Shown: positions 61,420-64,000 of the stretch, in pieces
How positions within the stretch are numbered: the stretch's first letter is position 1
Layout of the letters: each line of letters starts with the position of its first letter
The notes under the pieces: model-generated
The model's database searches: none
What the model was told of the DNA's origin: nothing
What the model saw: only the letters and a program-made list of their open reading frames with translations
Program-made: the position numbers and the translations under genes
Assembly (NCBI GenBank): GCA_036149055.1
Contig: JAYZQJ010000069.1
Location: 32,001 to 96,000, forward strand
Direction of reading: 5' to 3'
DNA: 64,000 nt
DNA from: Myxococcota bacterium
GTDB taxonomy: Bacteria > Myxococcota_A > Polyangia > Polyangiales > Sandaracinaceae

Positions 61420-63135
61420 TCACTCCCCGGGCACGTCCTCGCTTGCGGACATGCCCGGCCGCTCGGTCGGCTCGGGGGACGCCGCTCGAGGCTCCCCGGT
61501 CCCGAGCACGTGGAGCACGACCCGGCCCCGGCCGTTGTGGTGGAGCTCCAGGGTCAGGGCCTCCCGCTCTTCCGCGCACCGCGCGACCGTCGCGTAGGTG
61601 TCCGGCCCCGAGTCGCTCACCACCAGCGCGCCGTCGTTCGAGCGCAGGTAGAGGTCGAGGTCCTCCGCCTCCGCGTCGCCGGCCGCGGCCACCGCGACGC
61701 ACTCGCCGCCCTCGATCACCAGCGCGCGCCGGAACGGCGGCCCGTCGCGGAGCTCGGTGTTGAGCACGAAGCGCGGCGCGTACCCCCGCAGCCGGTAGGG
61801 CGCGGTGGCCTCCTCGACCCGCAGCGCCTGGATGGAGCGCACGCCCTCGGGGGCCCGGAGCAGCGCGAGCGCGTAGGCGCCGTCCCGCCCGTAGCCCTTC
61901 ACCGCGACGCGCATCACCGCCGGCTGGTCGCGGCAGGCGCGGACCCGCGCGGTCGACTGCACGGCGGTGTCCCGGTCGACCTCCCGCCCGCCGTCGTCGG
62001 CCAGGTAGAGATCGAGGTCCATGCCCTCGTGCGACGCCGCGCCGGCGATCAGCGCGCACCCGGGGCCGATGACGACGTCGTGGGTGCGCACCTCCCCGGG
62101 CACGATCGCGGCGTCGCGGCTCACGAAGAGCGGCGGCGCGAAGCCCCGGTTCTGGAGCGGCGCCGCCATCACCCCCAGGGCCAGCGCCGGATCGTCGCCC
62201 CGCTGCTCGAGGGCCTCGGGCGCCTCCTCCGGCGCCACGTCGGGCTCCGCCGCCGGGCCCGAGGCCACCATCACCCCGACCGCGCCCGCCCCCTCGAAGG
62301 CGCGCAGCTCCACGGTGTGCCGGCCGGCCTCGGTCGGGCAGTGCTCGATCGACGGCTCGGCGTCCTGGGCGAGGTCGCGGGCGACTTCCACCCCGGCGGC
62401 GTCGAAGAGGAAGAGATCGATGTCGCGCAGCCCCTCGCCGCTCCGGCCGGTGGCCACGTAGCAGCGGCCCGGCTCCAGGGTCACCGCCAGCCGCACCACC
62501 GAGCCCTCGGTCACCCGCTCGAGCAGGGGCGTGCCGACCGGGGTGAACCCGCGGGCTCGGAGCGCGCTCCGGCTGCGGGCCAGGTGCTCCTCCACGTCCC
62601 GGAACGGCACCCGCGGGGCGAGCACCCCCTCGAAGAGCCCATCGAAGCCGTCGCCCACCCCGGGCTCGCTCCGGAAGTGCGCGACCATCACCGCGCCGGC
62701 GCCCTCGCGCGCCCGGACGACCAGGTGGTGCGGGCGCACCTGCGCGGGCCCCTCGCCCTGCGGGCAGACGTGCACGAGCCCGCCCTCCCCGTCGATCGAC
62801 TCGGTGGCCGCCACGTCGCCCTGCCCGTCGTGCAGGGTCAGGGTCAGGTCGCGGATCGAGCCGCCGCCGAGCGCGAGGAAGGTGCTGCACTTGCCGACCC
62901 CGAGGTCGAGCGGGAACGACACCCCGCGATCCTCGAGCACGAACGCCCGGGTCAGGCCGATCTCCTCGCCGTAGCCCCGGCGGTGCATGCGCTGCCGCAG
63001 CCGCGCGTGTCGCCGGTTCAGGGCGTCGAGCGGGCCCGCCTCGTCCGGCAGCAGGCTGAGCGGACGCTCGGGCGAGGCCTCGGGCGTGCCGCAGGCGGCG
63101 AGCGCCACCGCGACCGCCAGGACCGCCGGCCTCAT
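61420..63135 (-). CDS. Lipoprotein with four PPC-like beta-sandwich repeats
   Basis: LAAC lipobox; four C....G....D(L/I)DL.L.D..G..V..D...C units. Confidence 0.8.
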   Translation of the reverse strand: MRPAVLAVAVALAACGTPEASPERPLSLLPDEAGPLDALNRRHARLRQRMHRRGYGEEIGLTRAFVLEDRGVSFPLDLGVGKCSTFLALGGGSIRDLTLTLHDGQGDVAATESIDGEGGLVHVCPQGEGPAQVRPHHLVVRAREGAGAVMVAHFRSEPGVGDGFDGLFEGVLAPRVPFRDVEEHLARSRSALRARGFTPVGTPLLERVTEGSVVRLAVTLEPGRCYVATGRSGEGLRDIDLFLFDAAGVEVARDLAQDAEPSIEHCPTEAGRHTVELRAFEGAGAVGVMVASGPAAEPDVAPEEAPEALEQRGDDPALALGVMAAPLQNRGFAPPLFVSRDAAIVPGEVRTHDVVIGPGCALIAGAASHEGMDLDLYLADDGGREVDRDTAVQSTARVRACRDQPAVMRVAVKGYGRDGAYALALLRAPEGVRSIQALRVEEATAPYRLRGYAPRFVLNTELRDGPPFRRALVIEGGECVAVAAAGDAEAEDLDLYLRSNDGALVVSDSGPDTYATVARCAEEREALTLELHHNGRGRVVLHVLGTGEPRAASPEPTERPGMSASEDVPGE

Positions 63136-63680
63136 CGCGCCTCGCGAGGCGGCTCGGCTGGCGCGTCGCGGAAGAGATCGTCGATGCGCACCTCGAGCCC
63201 GGTGGGGCCGCGGAAGGTCCGCACCTCGAACAGGCCGCTCCCCGCCGCCGCGCGCACGGCCACGAAGTAGGTGCCGGACTGGGCCGGGCAGAACCGCAGC
63301 GCGGCCATCGGGCCGTCCATCGCGTCCTGCACGACCTCGCCGCCGTCGCTGTCGAAGACCCGCAGGTTCAGCTCGCGCAGGGCCGAGGACGCCGCGCCGA
63401 GCACCAGATAGCAGGTGCCGGCGCGCATCGGCTGCTCGCGCACGTCGGCCGCCTGATCCACCAGGAACCCGCGCCACGGCTCCCCGAGCACGCTGAAGCC
63501 GCGGGTGCGCACGACGCCCGAGGCGCTCTCCATCGCGCGCTGCACCCTGGGCGAGCGGAAGTCCGCCGCGCGGGGCGCCTCGTCCACGGTCTCGGGCTCG
63601 ATCGCGGGATCGGGCGACGCGACCACCCCGGCGTCGCAGGCGGTGAGCGCGATCAGCGAGAGGAGGGCCGAGGTCCGCAC
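63132..63680 (-). CDS. Lipoprotein with a single PPC-like repeat
   Basis: LTAC lipobox; GTCY..ELNLRVFD.DG..V.QD..FCP..SG.Y; stop overlaps the next ATG. Confidence 0.78.
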   Translation of the reverse strand: MRTSALLSLIALTACDAGVVASPDPAIEPETVDEAPRAADFRSPRVQRAMESASGVVRTRGFSVLGEPWRGFLVDQAADVREQPMRAGTCYLVLGAASSALRELNLRVFDSDGGEVVQDAMDGPMAALRFCPAQSGTYFVAVRAAAGSGLFEVRTFRGPTGLEVRIDDLFRDAPAEPPREAR

Positions 63681-63713
63681 GCCGGAGGATCTAGCAGAGT
63701 CCCGGCGCGCCAC

Positions 63714-64000
63714 CTATTCGGGGAGCGGCGGGAGGTTGAGGGGCACGCCGCCGCCCTGCCCGCCCCCGCTCTGGCGCTCGCGGATCTCCTGGATCGCGGC
63801 GTCGATGGCGCTGCGCACGGAGCTGGTGCGCTCCACCGCCCGTCGCTCGCGCAGGGCAGGGATCACGAGCGCGTCCCCGACTCGCCCGAGCGACTGGACG
63901 GCGCGGGCCCGGATCTGGGTGTCGTCGAAGCGGAGGAGGCGGACCAGCGCGTCGACCTTCTCGGGCCCCTCGAGGGCGCTGAGCGCGTTGATCGCCTCGA
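63714..64000 (-). CDS. HEAT-repeat protein (3' end only)
   Basis: My translation from 63998 reads EAINALSALEGPEKVDALVRLLRFDDTQIRARAVQSLGRVGDALVIPAL...PLPE*. Confidence 0.75.
   Translation of the reverse strand, partial: EAINALSALEGPEKVDALVRLLRFDDTQIRARAVQSLGRVGDALVIPALRERRAVERTSSVRSAIDAAIQEIRERQSGGGQGGGVPLNLPPLPE

Overview
This is a 64 kb segment of very GC-rich, densely coding bacterial chromosome. The MYXO-CTERM-like tail, many Cys-rich lipoproteins with DAG/DGG linkers, Ser/Thr kinase, PP2C phosphatase and AgmX/GltJ-like protein point to a myxobacterium (Polyangiales/Sandaracinaceae-like; inference). About 62 CDSs are supportable. Housekeeping genes include pyk, a Leu/Val dehydrogenase, nrdR-ribD-ribB(X)-ribH-nusB, mnmA with a cysteine desulfurase, a methylmalonyl-CoA mutase pair with meaB, ddl, and RlmN-like and RlmD-like methyltransferases. 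These are interleaved with signalling genes and many uncharacterised secreted proteins or lipoproteins. I saw no rRNA, tRNA, CRISPR array, integrase or transposase. The best leads are: (1) a 755-aa protein with two HARE-HTH domains, an Mrr-like domain and poly-Arg and poly-Asp/Glu tracts, resembling the RNA-polymerase delta-subunit architecture; (2) a translationally coupled ferritin-like diiron (DUF455) plus ATP-grasp-like gene pair; (3) a ~300-bp non-coding cluster of at least 7 hairpins at 30864-31153; (4) a eukaryote-type C2 plus PDZ lipoprotein; (5) a CPYC flavin disulfide oxidoreductase with a Tat/lipoprotein-like leader; and (6) pervasive TANNNT boxes 6-9 nt before start codons, suggesting leaderless mRNAs. 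All family calls come from motif recognition by eye, not database searches. Many start codons were trimmed from the ORF track.
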